A stretch of 63,725 nt of DNA, the filler included, from Pirum gemmata (Eukaryota), in assembly GCA_002812295.1 (NCBI GenBank). It is 18 parts of 18 records of this genome, joined end to end, with 100 filler letters (N's around TTAATTAATTAA, not from the genome) between each part and the next. Parts side by side here need not be neighbours in the genome. Positions count along the whole stretch, not along the records: positions 50,468 to 53,530 come from PDIN01003605.1; positions 53,631 to 56,760 come from PDIN01003606.1; positions 56,861 to 59,908 come from PDIN01003607.1; positions 60,009 to 63,725 come from PDIN01003609.1; 14 more parts are not named here. The stretch is one strand, 5' to 3'. The notes under the pieces are model-generated. The model was given only the letters and a program-made list of their open reading frames with translations, did no database searches and was not told the origin of the DNA. Below are positions 50,620 to 63,725 of the stretch, one piece after another (positions within the stretch are counted from its first letter, which is position 1; each line of letters opens with the position of its first letter). The position numbers were made by a program, and so were the translations under genes.

Positions 50620-52533
50620 ATGTTTTTCAATTCACTGATTATTTCATGTTTAGTACACGCTGCTTTTAGTCAGCAAGCTGATTCTGAACAAGATGAACAT
50701 TTACCTTTTAGTTATAAAACATGTTCAGTAGATGGTAATTGTGTAAACGAAAAAACTACAGCTGTTCTTGATGCGAATTGGAGATGGTACCATACAAAAA
50801 GCGGCCAACAATGTTTTGATAATAACGAATTTGTTAAAGCTTTCTGTTCAGATCCTTCAACGTGTGCTGAAAATTGTGTTTTAGCTCATTTGGACACCAA
50901 TGCTTACAGCTCAACCTATGGTATTAAAGGCATTCAAGAAGGTGCTGGCGCTGAATTGAAATTTAAGAATGGCGATGCGGTTGGATCGCGTATTTTCTTA
51001 ACTGAAAACAATGATGAATATAAGATGTTTAAATTGTTGAACAAAGAATTTACAATCACAGTTGACTCTAGCCAAGTGAGTTGTGCCATGAATGGTGCTG
51101 CTTATTTCGTTGAGATGGAAAAATCCGGGGGTAAATCAAAAAGTCATAGTGGTAATAGTGCAGGTGCTGCTTTTGGTACTGGTTATTGCGACGCTCAATG
51201 CCCACATGATATCAAATATGTTAATGGTGACCCTAACTTGAGTCGTCAGGGTAGTTGTTGTGCAGAAATGGACATCTGGGAAGCAAACCAGGTTTCCACT
51301 GCTTTTACCCCTCACCCTTGTATAGGTGAAGGTTTAATAACATGTGAAAGTGAGGAGGAATGTGGTGATGGTGACAATAGGTATAAAGGGGTATGTGATA
51401 AAGATGGCTGTGATTACAATAGTAATCGTGTTGGTACTCATGAGGCTACCAGTTTTTACGGTGCGGGCGCAAATTTTACGATTGATACCAGAAAGCCTGT
51501 AACCGTTATTACCCAGTTTATCACCCATGATAATACTGACACTGGCGATTTAATTGAAATTAGAAGAAAATACATCCAAGATGGTATTGTTATCGATAAT
51601 CATAACAGCGTTTCTATCACAGATGAATACTGCAGTAGCGAGAAAAAAAGAGTTGGAGAAACTAATGATTTCGCTATAAAGGGTGGTTTGAAGCAAATGG
51701 GTGAAGCTCTTAAACGAGGTATGGTATTTGTAATGTCCATTTGGGACGACGCAGCAACCAACATGAACTGGTTAGATTCAGTAGTTGGGGATAGCACGCA
51801 ACCAGGGGCAATAAGAGGTACATGTCCAACTACAAGTAAACCAAGAATCGAAAATCCTGGAGGAAAAGTTAAATTTTATGATATTAAATTTGGTCCTATT
51901 AATTCCACTTATTCATTAACACCAGAAGACAAACCAAAACCAGCCCAACCAACAGCCCAACCAACAGCCCAACCAACAGCCCAACCAACAGCCCAACCAA
52001 CAGCCCAACCACCAGCCCAAACAGAAGACAAACCAACGCCAGACAAACCTGTACCAGTCCAACCAGAAGACAAACCAACACCAGGCAAACCTAAACCAAC
52101 AGCAGCCCAGCCAACAGCCCAACCAACAGCCCAACCAACAGTTCGACCAGAAGACAAGCCAACACCTGGCGAACCAGAAAGCCCGAAAACTGTTTATGTT
52201 ACCGTAACAAAAACTGAATATGCTGCGTGTACCGGTACTGATGGTAACGATGACGGTAATTCCCTAGAAAATGTACACTACGAACACTGGAATACAGGTT
52301 TTGTTGTTCAAAATATTAAATATCCACCGGGAACAAAGATAGAATTTACATGGAGTTCTGCTATCAGCTCTATTCCAGAACTTATTAAACATTGGAATGT
52401 TGATGTCACTTCTTCAGGTAGAAAAATGACCTTTGTTCTTCAAGAAAGACAAACTACTTTTGGGTTTACAGCAAAGGGAGTCTTACCAAATGGCCTTAAA
52501 GATATTCAAAATGTTGTAGTAACCAAACCATAA
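50620..52533 (+). CDS. Glycoside hydrolase family 7 cellulase + P/T/Q linker + CBM2-like C-terminal domain
   Basis: Signal peptide, VLDANWRW, GTGYCDAQCP, catalytic EMDIWEAN, CDKDGCD, MSIWDD; (QPTA)n linker; C-terminal HWNTGF..HWN..FGF pattern. Confidence 0.93.
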   Translation: MFFNSLIISCLVHAAFSQQADSEQDEHLPFSYKTCSVDGNCVNEKTTAVLDANWRWYHTKSGQQCFDNNEFVKAFCSDPSTCAENCVLAHLDTNAYSSTYGIKGIQEGAGAELKFKNGDAVGSRIFLTENNDEYKMFKLLNKEFTITVDSSQVSCAMNGAAYFVEMEKSGGKSKSHSGNSAGAAFGTGYCDAQCPHDIKYVNGDPNLSRQGSCCAEMDIWEANQVSTAFTPHPCIGEGLITCESEEECGDGDNRYKGVCDKDGCDYNSNRVGTHEATSFYGAGANFTIDTRKPVTVITQFITHDNTDTGDLIEIRRKYIQDGIVIDNHNSVSITDEYCSSEKKRVGETNDFAIKGGLKQMGEALKRGMVFVMSIWDDAATNMNWLDSVVGDSTQPGAIRGTCPTTSKPRIENPGGKVKFYDIKFGPINSTYSLTPEDKPKPAQPTAQPTAQPTAQPTAQPTAQPPAQTEDKPTPDKPVPVQPEDKPTPGKPKPTAAQPTAQPTAQPTVRPEDKPTPGEPESPKTVYVTVTKTEYAACTGTDGNDDGNSLENVHYEHWNTGFVVQNIKYPPGTKIEFTWSSAISSIPELIKHWNVDVTSSGRKMTFVLQERQTTFGFTAKGVLPNGLKDIQNVVVTKP

Positions 52534-53224
52534 TTTTTTAGAAAAGTTAACGAACTAAACGACCAATAAAAAAAAAGTCTAATATAACAAAATCAATATT
52601 AATTACTATTAATTATAGAATTATTTAATCGTGTAAAAAGAACCAAAAAAAGGGATGTTAAAGTCACTTATGATCATTTCACTTCATGTTTACAAAAGAA
52701 AATGTAAATTTTGTTTGTTTTTCAAAATTTTCAAAAAATCACCTAAAGAACTACAATTTTAATTAAAACAGTGAACAAAATAAAATTCTTCAAGACAAAA
52801 TACATTTGGTTTTTTAATAGCAAAAGGCCAAATAGTTTTGAAGATATTCAAAAGGTGAGTAGTAAACCCACACACACATATATATATATATATGGCATGA
52901 GTAGTAAACCCACACACACATATATATGGCGAAAATAACCACTTTTTTGCTATATATATATATATGACATGAGCTAAAAAAAAGTATATATCAATCAGAT
53001 GTCATTAATTGTAGAATTTTTGTTTCTGTTTTCAATACTTGCAGTCAGTCAAAGCAGTGGCCAGAGCTCCAACGGCGATTAAAGCAATACCGGAATATTT
53101 CATGGCTGATTTAGTTTTGTTTTCTATCTTTTTCTGTTTTTGTGGACTGCAATAATTTCTTCCGTGGCTTTTTGTTCTGCTCTGGATTTATTATTTTTAA
53201 TCATGTAAAAACATATTCCAAAAA

Positions 53225-53325
53225 AGAAATGTTGATGTCACTTTTTTAGGGCGAAAGGAGTCTTACCAAATCTTACTAAATGGTCTTGAAGATATTGAAA
53301 ATAGTGTAGTAACGAAACCATAATT
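53225..53325 (+). pseudogene. Degenerate duplicate of the GH7 gene 3' end (fainter traces at ~52655-52855)
   Basis: AATGTTGATGTCACTT..GGAGTCTTACCAAAT..GATATT(G)AAAAT..GTAGTAAC(G)AAACCATAA matches 52396-52533. Confidence 0.75.
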
Positions 53326-53732
53326 TTAAATGAAATGAACTAAACTACAATTTTTTGTTGGGGGACCCATGCCTCTTCGGAAGTAAAATGAACAAAGAAA
53401 TTTTAAGTGACAACTAACTCTAAGAATAATAAAAACAACATCTTTATCTTTCATAGCTGATTGTTTTTTTTTCTTTTTCTAAATGCAATGCCCCATACTA
53501 GTGTATTATTTATTATTATTATTATTATTTNNNNNNNNNNNNNNNNNNNNNNNNNNNNNNNNNNNNNNNNNNNNTTAATTAATTAANNNNNNNNNNNNNN
53601 NNNNNNNNNNNNNNNNNNNNNNNNNNNNNNCAACAAAAACAAACAACAAACAACAAACAACAAACAGCAAACAACAAACAACAACAACAACAACACAAAA
53701 ATAATAACAACAACAACAACAATAACAACAGC

Positions 53733-53783
<51 letters not shown>

Positions 53784-54122
53784 TAAAAGCATAATGACAT
53801 CAGCAGCAACAACAATGGTAACAACAACAACAACAACAACAACAACACAAAAATAATAACAACAACAACAACAATAACAACAGCAATAATAATAATAACA
53901 ATAACAACAGCAACAACAACAAAGCCAACAAAACCAACAAAACCAACAAAACCAATAACACCAACAACAACACCAACAGCAGCACTTAGTAGTACAAGTA
54001 GCAGTAGCAGTATACTCGTAGTAGTAGTAGTAGTAGCAGTAGTAGCAGTAGTAGTAGCAGTAGAAGTAGTAGAAGTAGTAGAAGTAGTAAAAGTAGTAGA
54101 AGTAGAAGTAGAAATAGAAGTA

Positions 54123-54174
<52 letters not shown>

Positions 54175-54256
54175 GGGTAGTAGCAGTGCTATTAGTGGTA
54201 GTAGTAGTAGTAGCAGTAGCAGTAGCAGTAGCAGTAGCAGCAGCAGTAGCAGTAGC

Positions 54257-54340
<84 letters not shown>

Positions 54341-54508
54341 NNNNNNNNNNNNNNNNNNNNNNNNNNNNNNNNNNNNNNNNNNNNNNNNNNNNNNNNNNNN
54401 NNNNNNNNNNNNNNNNNNNNNNNNNNNNNNNNNNNNNNNNNNNNNNNNNNNNNNNNNNNNNNNNNNNNNNNNNNNNNNNNNNNNNNNNNNNNNNNNNNNN
54501 NNNNNNNN

Positions 54509-54613
<105 letters not shown>

Positions 54614-55029
54614 AAAGTAATAGTAATAGTAATAGTAAATGACTACTCTTGACGTTGATGAAGGTCAAAAAGAAAAGCATAAGCGAACATACCTTGTATT
54701 GACAATAAGAATTTACAAACACAACAACGAAAATGTCAATCCACGCTTTTTATAAACAAGTAACAAAAACGACAATAGAGTATTAAAGTGAGATAGAAAC
54801 CTTGAATAAAGTGAGACTTTGATTTAAGTGAGACTTTGATTAAAGTGAGACAGAAATTTGATTTAACCATTTAAAATTACTTTACTTTATCACTTAATAT
54901 AAGAAGTTATCGTGTTGTTATTATTTTTACTATTATTATTATTATTATTACTCAAAGGAGACTATCATTTGTTTATTTTTACATAATATTATTAGACTAT
55001 GATACATAATAAGTACAGACAGTTGCTTG

Positions 55030-55932
55030 TAGACTAGCTAGCTAGTAGCTAGCTCTAGCGCTTTTCATTTTTGTCACTCCGAATATTTATTTGGTTGGTT
55101 ATATTTTTTTAATTGACAACGTTAAATGAATAAATGGATAATAAAATATACCAAATTAAATGAAATGGATTTGTATTGTATTAATTTGGTACTCTTTATT
55201 GTATTTCTACTGCGGGCCCTACTAAGCGATATTATAGTCTAATAGGTTCTAATAATAATAATATGATAATAATAGTGACTAGCGCTAGCTAGAGCTAGTC
55301 TAGCTAGTAGCTACTACTAGCTCTAGTAGTAGCCCCGCTATCGATATATCAACACTAATCTAGCTACTAGCTAGCTAGCTAGCTAGTAGCTAGATTAGTG
55401 TTGTGCTTTTCATTTAGACTATGCATAATATTAATAATAAATTTATAATACTGATTTATGATAATAATAATTTATAATAATAATAAATTTATAATACTGA
55501 TTTATTTATTTATCATAGTCTATATAAATATGTCATATGATAATAGAATAAATTATTACTAGAAATTACAATAAGACTAGTGATAAATGATAGTAATAAT
55601 AATAAAAACCTAACAGTCCTAAGTTTTCGGTACCAAGTTCTCCTGAGCCCTTTTATAAATAAATACGATAGAGGTCTATCGTTGTATCTATATAAGTGAT
55701 AGTCTAGCTGTGAGCTATTTATCATATTCTAACTATCGATATCAATACCAGTAGAGTTTAACCTGTATCGATAGTATCGATAGGTCTATATATTCTACTA
55801 TCATAGCAATCATAGACTATCATGATAAAGCTATAGGTGAGTGACTCTATGATAGACTATCGATATTATCATATCAATATAATAATAATGATAGGTCTAG
55901 TCTACTATGACATACTAATTTTTATCTAGTCT

Positions 55933-55969
<37 letters not shown>

Positions 55970-56660
55970 ACTAGCTAGATTTTTAATTTGTAAGTTTTGC
56001 TGATTAGAAAATATCGATAGTCTACTAACTAAGGGATCATAATCATATCCCAGGACAAATAGTCTTGTCTACAGACTATCCTACTTTTTTTTCTGAAAAT
56101 TCACTAAATGTAGGTTATTTAGGTATAATATTTTACTTTATATAAGCTAAAACTAGTTAACTACCTATAACTACCTATGAAAAGTAGGATATACTACTAA
56201 AATATCCTATTTTCACCTAGCCTAGACCTACCATTTTAACAGACACAATAAATTTTTTTTTGTTATCATAGACTAACTATAGACTATCTGTTTTTGCCCA
56301 AGGAGTGTTTTCGTCCTACTAGCTAGCCTAGCTAGCTAGCTAGCTAGCTACTATAGCTAGTAGCTAGTAACTAGACTAGCTAAGCGGGTTTTGATAATAT
56401 GATAGACTATCAGATATCATATTATAATAAATATCGTATCTGATAGCCTCTCTAGTAGCTAGCTAGTACAGCTAGCTAGTAGTAACTTGGTATCGATAGC
56501 TACTACTAGCTAGCTAGCTAGCTAGTAGTAACAGGCTTGGGTTCAATGGGTCTCAGTTTAGTTGCAGTAGACTACTAGCTAGCTAGCTAGAGTGGAGTAC
56601 ATGGATGGATATGGATGGGTAGAGTCTAGTAGCTAGCTAGCTAGCTAGTAGCTGTAGTCC
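55030..56660. repeat. CTAG/AGCT/ATCGAT palindrome-rich mosaic, including a perfect 54-bp palindrome at 55350-55403
   Basis: Seen directly; flanking inverted repeats ~55430-55480 / 56692-56745. Confidence 0.8.
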
Positions 56661-57463
56661 AAATAGAAATAATTATTATCGATATTATTAATTTATTATC
56701 ATAAATCAGTATTATAAATTTATTATTATTATAAATTATTATTATAAATTATTATTATTANNNNNNNNNNNNNNNNNNNNNNNNNNNNNNNNNNNNNNNN
56801 NNNNTTAATTAATTAANNNNNNNNNNNNNNNNNNNNNNNNNNNNNNNNNNNNNNNNNNNNTACTATAAATAGTATAATAAACTCTTTTTAACGTAATAGA
56901 TAGTTACTAAATAAATAATTACAAATACTAAATATGGTAAGGCGAACAGGCGAGCAACATTTACTTTGTGCCTCGGTCAAAAAATTTCGCCATAAGAGTT
57001 CACCCCTCCTTCTAGCTAGAGCTAGCTAGTAGCTAGCTAGTCTACTCCTGTCGATATCATGATAATAATATAGACTAGGTGGGGGTCTAGCTACTAGCTA
57101 CTACTAGTGCTTTTCAGTTGTTTTGTCGTCATAAAATAAATAATAAATAGTACCAAATTAATACAATATAAATCCATTTAATTTAATTTGGTATATTTTC
57201 CGCAGAAGGTTCCTCGTCCTAGCTAGGGGAGCCTTCAAATACTACGCAACGCCAATTTCCGGTCAAATACAGCTTCAAATACCGCTATCTACCTACTCCT
57301 TGGCATTAATTTCCGGTCAAATACCGCCTACCTACCTACCCCTTGACGTGACGTATGCAAGGTTGGTTCCAATGTTTACTTACAGCTCTAGCTAGACTAC
57401 TATGTAGCTAGCTAGCTAGCTAGCTAGCTAGAGTTTAGGTAGGAGGAGATCATCATGATCATG

Positions 57464-57578
<115 letters not shown>

Positions 57579-57896
57579 NGTAACAGTTATTGTTATGATA
57601 TTCCTGAAATTCTTTTTTATTGCCCAAAAATTCCAAATCCATTTATAAATTTTTATTTTTTTATTTATTTATTTATTTATTTTTTTTTTTATTTTTTTTT
57701 TTTTTTTTCAAACTTTTTTTTTTTTTTTTTCTTTTTAGTTTTTGTTGTGCTTTTAATATATATATTAAATTTGGTTGAAGTTTAACTTTGCTCAATGCTT
57801 TTTTTCATTTTAGCTGGCGGCAGCGGCATTTTCGGAATCTAGAAACCTTTAGTCCACAATCAATTTGAACTCTTTTATTTTATTTTTATTTTAACA

Positions 57897-59426
57897 ATGC
57901 CTTTCGTTAAAGTAAACTCTCCTAATGTTGTATACAACAACGATGTGATCACATCCAAATTTGCCTACGAATCAACTAAAGTAGAAACAAACGAAGATGG
58001 ATCATTCAGTGCTACTCCTATTTCTACAGAGTACACTTTCAAGACTGACGCTAAAGTTCCCAAATTAGGTCTTATGCTTGTTGGATGGGGTGGTAACAAC
58101 GGTTCCACTCTAACTGCTTCCCTTTTGGCCAACAAGGAAAAGATGAGCTGGAGAACTCGCGAAGGTACCCAAGAATCCAACTACTTTGGTTCTTTGATGA
58201 TGGCATCAACTGTCAAACTTGGACAAGATGCTAAAGGGAATGATGTACATATTCCATTCCAAAAAGTTGTCCCAATGGTTCACCCTAACGATATGGTTTT
58301 AGGTGGTTGGGATATAAGTGATATGAATCTTGGTGAAGCGATGGAAAGGTCCAAAGTTTTAGAACCCGATCTTCAACGTCAACTTTATCCACAAATGAAA
58401 GAATTGGTACCATTACCTTCCGTATACTATCCTGACTTTATTGCTGCGAACCAAAGTGAGCGTGCTAATAATGTTCTAACTGGATCAAAACAAGACAATT
58501 TAGAGCAAATTCGTAAAGACATTCGTGATTTTAAAGCCAATAATGACCTTGATAAAGTTATTGTGTTATGGACAGCAAACACTGAACGTTTCGCTGCAAT
58601 TATCCCAGGTATGAATGATACTTCTGAAAACTTGTTGAATTCTATTAAAGATGGCCACCAAGAAGTTTCACCTTCTACTATTTTTGCTGTTGCCTCAATT
58701 CTTGAAAACACAGCGTTTATCAACGGTTCCCCTCAAAACACTTTTGTCCCTGGAGTTCAAGAATTAGCCGAAGCAAACAGAGTGCACATTGGTGGTGATG
58801 ACTTCAAGTCTGGTCAAACTAAAATGAAATCAGTTTTGGTTGACTTTATGGTTAACGCTGGTATAAAACCTACTGCTATTACTTCATACAATCATTTGGG
58901 GAATAACGATGGTTTCAATTTGTCTGCGCCTCAACAATTTCGCTCTAAGGAAATTTCCAAATCCAACGTTGTTGATGACATGGTTGCCTCCAACCGAATT
59001 TTATACAAAGAAGGTGAGCATCCTGATCACGTAGTTGTTATCAAGTACGTTCCCAATGTTGGTGATTCAAAGCGTGCTTTAGATGAATATGTTTCAGAGA
59101 TCTTTATGGGTGGAAAACAAACTATCTCCATGCATAATACTTGCGAAGATTCTCTTCTTGCTTCTCCGTTGATTATCGATTTAGCTATCGTTACTGAATT
59201 AATGACTCGTGTTCAGTTCAAAACTAATGAAATGGAAGACTTTGATTCATTCAACTCTGTTTTATCTATTCTTTCATATATGTTGAAAGCACCTTTGGTA
59301 CCAAAGGGAACTCCAGTTATCAATGCTTTGGGTGCACAACGCACAGCTATGAACAACATATTCCGTGCTCTTATTGGCCTTCGACCAGAAAACGATATGA
59401 TGTTGGAACACAGAGCTTTCCACTAA
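57897..59426 (+). CDS. INO1: Myo-inositol-1-phosphate synthase
   Basis: [37 protein letters not shown] and CEDSLLA motifs; intact 509 aa. Confidence 0.99.
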   Translation: MPFVKVNSPNVVYNNDVITSKFAYESTKVETNEDGSFSATPISTEYTFKTDAKVPKLGLMLVGWGGNNGSTLTASLLANKEKMSWRTREGTQESNYFGSLMMASTVKLGQDAKGNDVHIPFQKVVPMVHPNDMVLGGWDISDMNLGEAMERSKVLEPDLQRQLYPQMKELVPLPSVYYPDFIAANQSERANNVLTGSKQDNLEQIRKDIRDFKANNDLDKVIVLWTANTERFAAIIPGMNDTSENLLNSIKDGHQEVSPSTIFAVASILENTAFINGSPQNTFVPGVQELAEANRVHIGGDDFKSGQTKMKSVLVDFMVNAGIKPTAITSYNHLGNNDGFNLSAPQQFRSKEISKSNVVDDMVASNRILYKEGEHPDHVVVIKYVPNVGDSKRALDEYVSEIFMGGKQTISMHNTCEDSLLASPLIIDLAIVTELMTRVQFKTNEMEDFDSFNSVLSILSYMLKAPLVPKGTPVINALGAQRTAMNNIFRALIGLRPENDMMLEHRAFH

Positions 59427-59837
59427 TCGGCAGTTGTTTTGTAATGTGATTTAAATTTGTATGTGTAAATTTATGTATATATGTTTTGTATAAAAGTAAA
59501 TAAATTTTGTTTGCTAATCTTTTTCCTTTTTTTGTTTTGTTTAGCTTTCATTTATTTATTTATTTATTTATTACTATTATTATAATGATTATTGTTATAG
59601 TAATATTATTCTGTTTTGTATTATGAATATGATTATGATAATTATTATGATTATGAATATTAATATGATAATGATTATGAATATGAATATGATAATGATT
59701 ATGATTATGAATATTACTATAATATGTTTATAACTATGGTTAGTGCTTTATGGTAAGTTTTATAATTATTGTCATGATTATTATTATTATTATTGTTATT
59801 TTTATTATTTTTATTATTTTTATTATTGTATTATTGT

Positions 59838-59871
<34 letters not shown>

Positions 59872-60166
59872 GTACTAGTAATGATAATAATACTAATAAT
59901 AATAATAANNNNNNNNNNNNNNNNNNNNNNNNNNNNNNNNNNNNNNNNNNNNTTAATTAATTAANNNNNNNNNNNNNNNNNNNNNNNNNNNNNNNNNNNN
60001 NNNNNNNNTATTTATCGATGTATTGGTTAAACCATAGGTAATTATTATTATTATTTATCGATGTATTGGTTAAACCATAGGTAATTATTATTGTTATTTA
60101 TCGATGTATTGGTTAAACCATAGGTAATTATTATTATTATTTATCGATGTATTGGTTAAACCATAG

Positions 60167-62239
60167 GTAATTATGGGGTTCCTACTGATAAAAATTTTGA
60201 CGAATACGGACTTTTAAACACATTGGAATCCAGCAAAATACAAGTTGCGGGCTTGATTGTTCGGAGTTATTGTGACGAATATAGTCACGAAACAGCTGTG
60301 AAGTCACTGGCTACTTGGTTAAAACAACATGACATCCCCGCTATTAGTGGGGTTGATACCAGAGAACTAACCAAACTTATTCGAAGTAAAAAGGGACCTT
60401 TGATCGGGAGTATCCAAAGGGAAAGTGATTCTGAATTAGATGTAACATCTAACCTAGCGCAAGATATCTACGTGTAAGCTTTTATCATACTAATCATCAT
60501 CACCATCATCAATATCCTTTTCTTTATCATCATCTTTTTCATCATCATTATCATCAACATCATTATAATCATTATCATTATCATTATCATCATTATCATT
60601 TTCAGTACCATTATCATTATTAGTACCATTATCATCGTTACTATCATCATTACTATCATTTATTGTCATCTTTATTGTCAAAATTATTATAATTATTGTG
60701 ATCATTATTATCATCATTACTATTATCCTTGATTTTTTAAGATTTTCCGTTATATATACTTACATGTATGCTTTCTGTATAGCCCCAACACCGAAGAGAA
60801 GCAGCACAACTTGCTTAACTCCGTTTCCAGAAAAACTGTAGATGTATATAATAAAGGTGGGGATACTAAAATTTTGGCAATTGACTGTGGTATCAAAAAC
60901 AATATTATTAGACAATTATGCAAAAATGGCGCTGAAGTAACTGTCGTGCCTCACGACTATGATATCATAGGAAACAGACATAAATTTGACGCTTTGTTCT
61001 TAAGCAATGGCCCTGGTAATCCAGCCTATGCTAAGCATATTGTTGATCGTGTTAAAACTCTGATTAGTAATCAAGAAAACCCGCTTCCAATTTTTGGTAT
61101 TTGCATGGGGAACCAAATCCTAGCGCAAGCGGCAGGTTGTCACACTTTTGCTTTGGATTATGGAAATCGCGGTCATAATCAACCAGTTAGAAACAATATC
61201 AACGGACGTTGTTTAATTACGTCACAAAATCATGGGTATGCAGTAGACACTGCTAAAATGAAAGAGGGGTGGAAACCATTATTTACCAATCTTAATGATG
61301 GTAGTAATGAGGGTATTTTTCATGAAAGCTTACCATATTATTCCGTTCAGTTTCACCCTGAAGCTTTCGGTGGTCCAAGGGATGCTGAATATTTATTTGG
61401 TGAATTCGTTAATGGTATTAGAGATAAAAAAAAAACTAACAACGCGAAAAGCATTTTTAAGTTTTTGAATCAAGAAAAAACATATTTGCATCGTCAACAA
61501 AATAGTAACAACAATAGCAATACGCAAATAATTCATAATAAACACGGCCTAAAAAAGGTTTTAGTTCTTGGCTCTGGTGGATTGCAAATTGGTCAAGCTG
61601 GAGAATTTGATTACAGTGGGTCCCAGGCTTTAAAAGCTTTAAAAGAAGAAGGCATAGAAACGGTTTTAATTAATCCCAACATAGCCACTATCCAAACCGG
61701 CGAAAATGAAGCTGATACTGTTTATTTCTTACCTATTACTCCAGACTATATTCAGCATATAATGAAAAAGGAAAACTTGGATGGTTGCTTATTAACCTTT
61801 GGTGGTCAGACCGCTTTGAATGTTGGAATACAACTTGACGAGCGTGGTGAATTTGAAAAAAATAACATCAAAGTTCTTGGTACACCCGTCAGTACGTTAA
61901 TAAAAAGTGAGGATAGAGATGCATTTGCTTTGGCCTTGAACGAAATAAATGAGCCTGTGGCAAGAAGCACTGCTGTAAACACATTAGACGATGCTCTTGA
62001 GGCTGCTAATAAAATCGGGTACCCTGTGATGGTTCGTTCTGCCTTTTGTCTTGGTGGTTTAGGTTCAGGTATTGCAGAAGATGAAGAACAATTGCGAGAA
62101 TTAGCCACAAGCTCTTTGTCTTTGGCTCCTCAAATTTTGGTTGAAAGATCGATGAAAGGTACTGTTTTATTTTTAATATTAATAAGATTAATAATAGTAA
62201 TATTATTTATTATTTATTATTATTTATCATTATTATTGC

Positions 62240-62288
<49 letters not shown>

Positions 62289-62934
62289 CACTCTTAAAAA
62301 ATATTTCTATTCTTCTCAAAACAAACAGGCTGGAAGGAAGTTGAGTACGAAATTGTTAGAGATGGTGAAAATAACTGCATTGCTGTTTGTAACATGGAAA
62401 ACTTTGACCCTTTGGGTGTTCATACGGGGGACTCGATTGTTGTAGCTCCTTCTCAAACTCTAACTGATCACGAATACCACAAAATGCGTACAGCCTCCAT
62501 CAATATTGTCAAACACATGGGTGTCGTTGGTGAATGTAACGTCCAATTTGCACTAAATCCTGAAAATTCAGAGTATTGTGTAATTGAAATGAACGCTCGT
62601 TTATCTAGAAGTTCGGCTTTAGCCTCTAAAGCAACTGGTTACCCGTTAGCGTTCGTGGCTGCAAAATTAGCAATTGGTAATATGTTGACTGATATCAAAA
62701 ATTCGGTAACACAATGTACTTCCGCATTTTTCGAGCCGAGCTTGGATTATTGCGTTGTTAAAGTGCCAAGATGGGATTTAAAGAAATTTAATCATGTTTC
62801 TGAGCATATTGGCAGTGCTATGAAAAGTGTTGGAGAAGTTATGGCGATTGGGGGTACTTTTGAAGAGAGTTTTCAAAAAGCCCTGCGCATGTCTGATACT
62901 TCATACCCAGGTTTCTCCTCCAAATCTTATACTG
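60167..62934 (+). CDS. Fused glutamine amidotransferase + carbamoyl-phosphate synthetase (CAD/URA2 or CPS type), partial (exons 60167-60473, 60783-62158, 62329-62934)
   Basis: [20 protein letters not shown] (catalytic Cys), QFHPE, then [39 protein letters not shown] and MKSVGEVM; intron phases consistent. Confidence 0.96.
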
Positions 62935-62937
62935 GTA

Positions 62938-62983
<46 letters not shown>

Positions 62984-63725
62984 TATCGATGTATTGGTTA
63001 AACCATAGGTAATTATTATTATTATTTATCGATGTATTGGTTAAACCATAGGTAATTATNGTTACTGTTACTATTACTATTACTATTATTATTACTATTA
63101 CTATTACTATTACTATTATTATTATTATTTATTACTATTACTACATTACTCTTACTATTAATATATTATAACTATTACTAAAAATATTTATCACTAATAC
63201 TATTAATATTATTATTATTATTATTATTATTACTATTATTACTTACTCATGATTAAGCATAAATATCAGCGTTGCATACGATACCAAACCTGACATCTGA
63301 TTGCAGTCAATAAAAAAAGCATGTAAAGACTGGAACATCTTGAATTTAAAGAAAAGAAAGAAAGAGACAAAAGAGTGACAGAGTGAAGGCTATATTACAC
63401 CACAAAACAAACTCATTCTTATTTATAAAATCTTTAACTTAATTACTGTTGCTATTAATATTAATATTACTGTTGCTATTACTATTACTATTACTGTTGT
63501 TGCTATACAATTACTATTACTATTACTATTACTATTAATATTACTGCTACTATTACTATTACTATTACTGTTACTGTTACTATTACTATTACTATTATTA
63601 TTACTATTACTATTACTATTACTATTACTATTACTATTATTATTATTATTTATTACTATTACTACATTACTCTTACTATTAATATATTATAACTATTACT
63701 AAAAATATTTATCACTAATACTATT

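Noticed and set aside
60009..63059. CPS exons flanked by the same intron-end repeat (circular or scrambled gene)
   Set aside because: The copies adjoin (TTA)n tracts and Ns; most simply a mis-assembly at microsatellites

Overview
AT-rich eukaryotic DNA, not one continuous locus. It is a concatenation of about 18 short (mostly ~3.05 kb) scaffolds joined by an artificial N44-TTAATTAATTAA-N44 spacer, so neighbourhood across spacers is meaningless. GT-AG introns packed with microsatellites and TTAGGG arrays suggest a unicellular opisthokont (an ichthyosporean is plausible; inference only). Recognisable genes: INO1, a fused GATase-CPSase (CAD/URA2/CPS type), six exons of pyridoxal kinase, an SMPDL3/acid-sphingomyelinase-like phosphodiesterase, a membrane fatty-acid-desaturase-family protein, a GH7 cellulase with a CBM2-like tail, an MTMR3/4-like FYVE C-terminus, an FG-repeat nucleoporin-like gene, one exon of a PhnW-like aminoethylphosphonate transaminase, and a secreted AAPVL-repeat protein. 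Mobile DNA includes at least five MITE families, CACTA/EnSpm-like ends, and a deleted chromodomain LTR element that sits in a tyrosine-recombinase remnant beside a TTAGGG array. The most notable items are the GH7+CBM2-like architecture, the nested chromovirus/YR locus with a possible self-priming PBS, the PhnW-like exon, and two candidate structured RNAs (a 53-bp hairpin and a C/D-motif hairpin). I cannot support a wholly new multi-gene system from these fragments.
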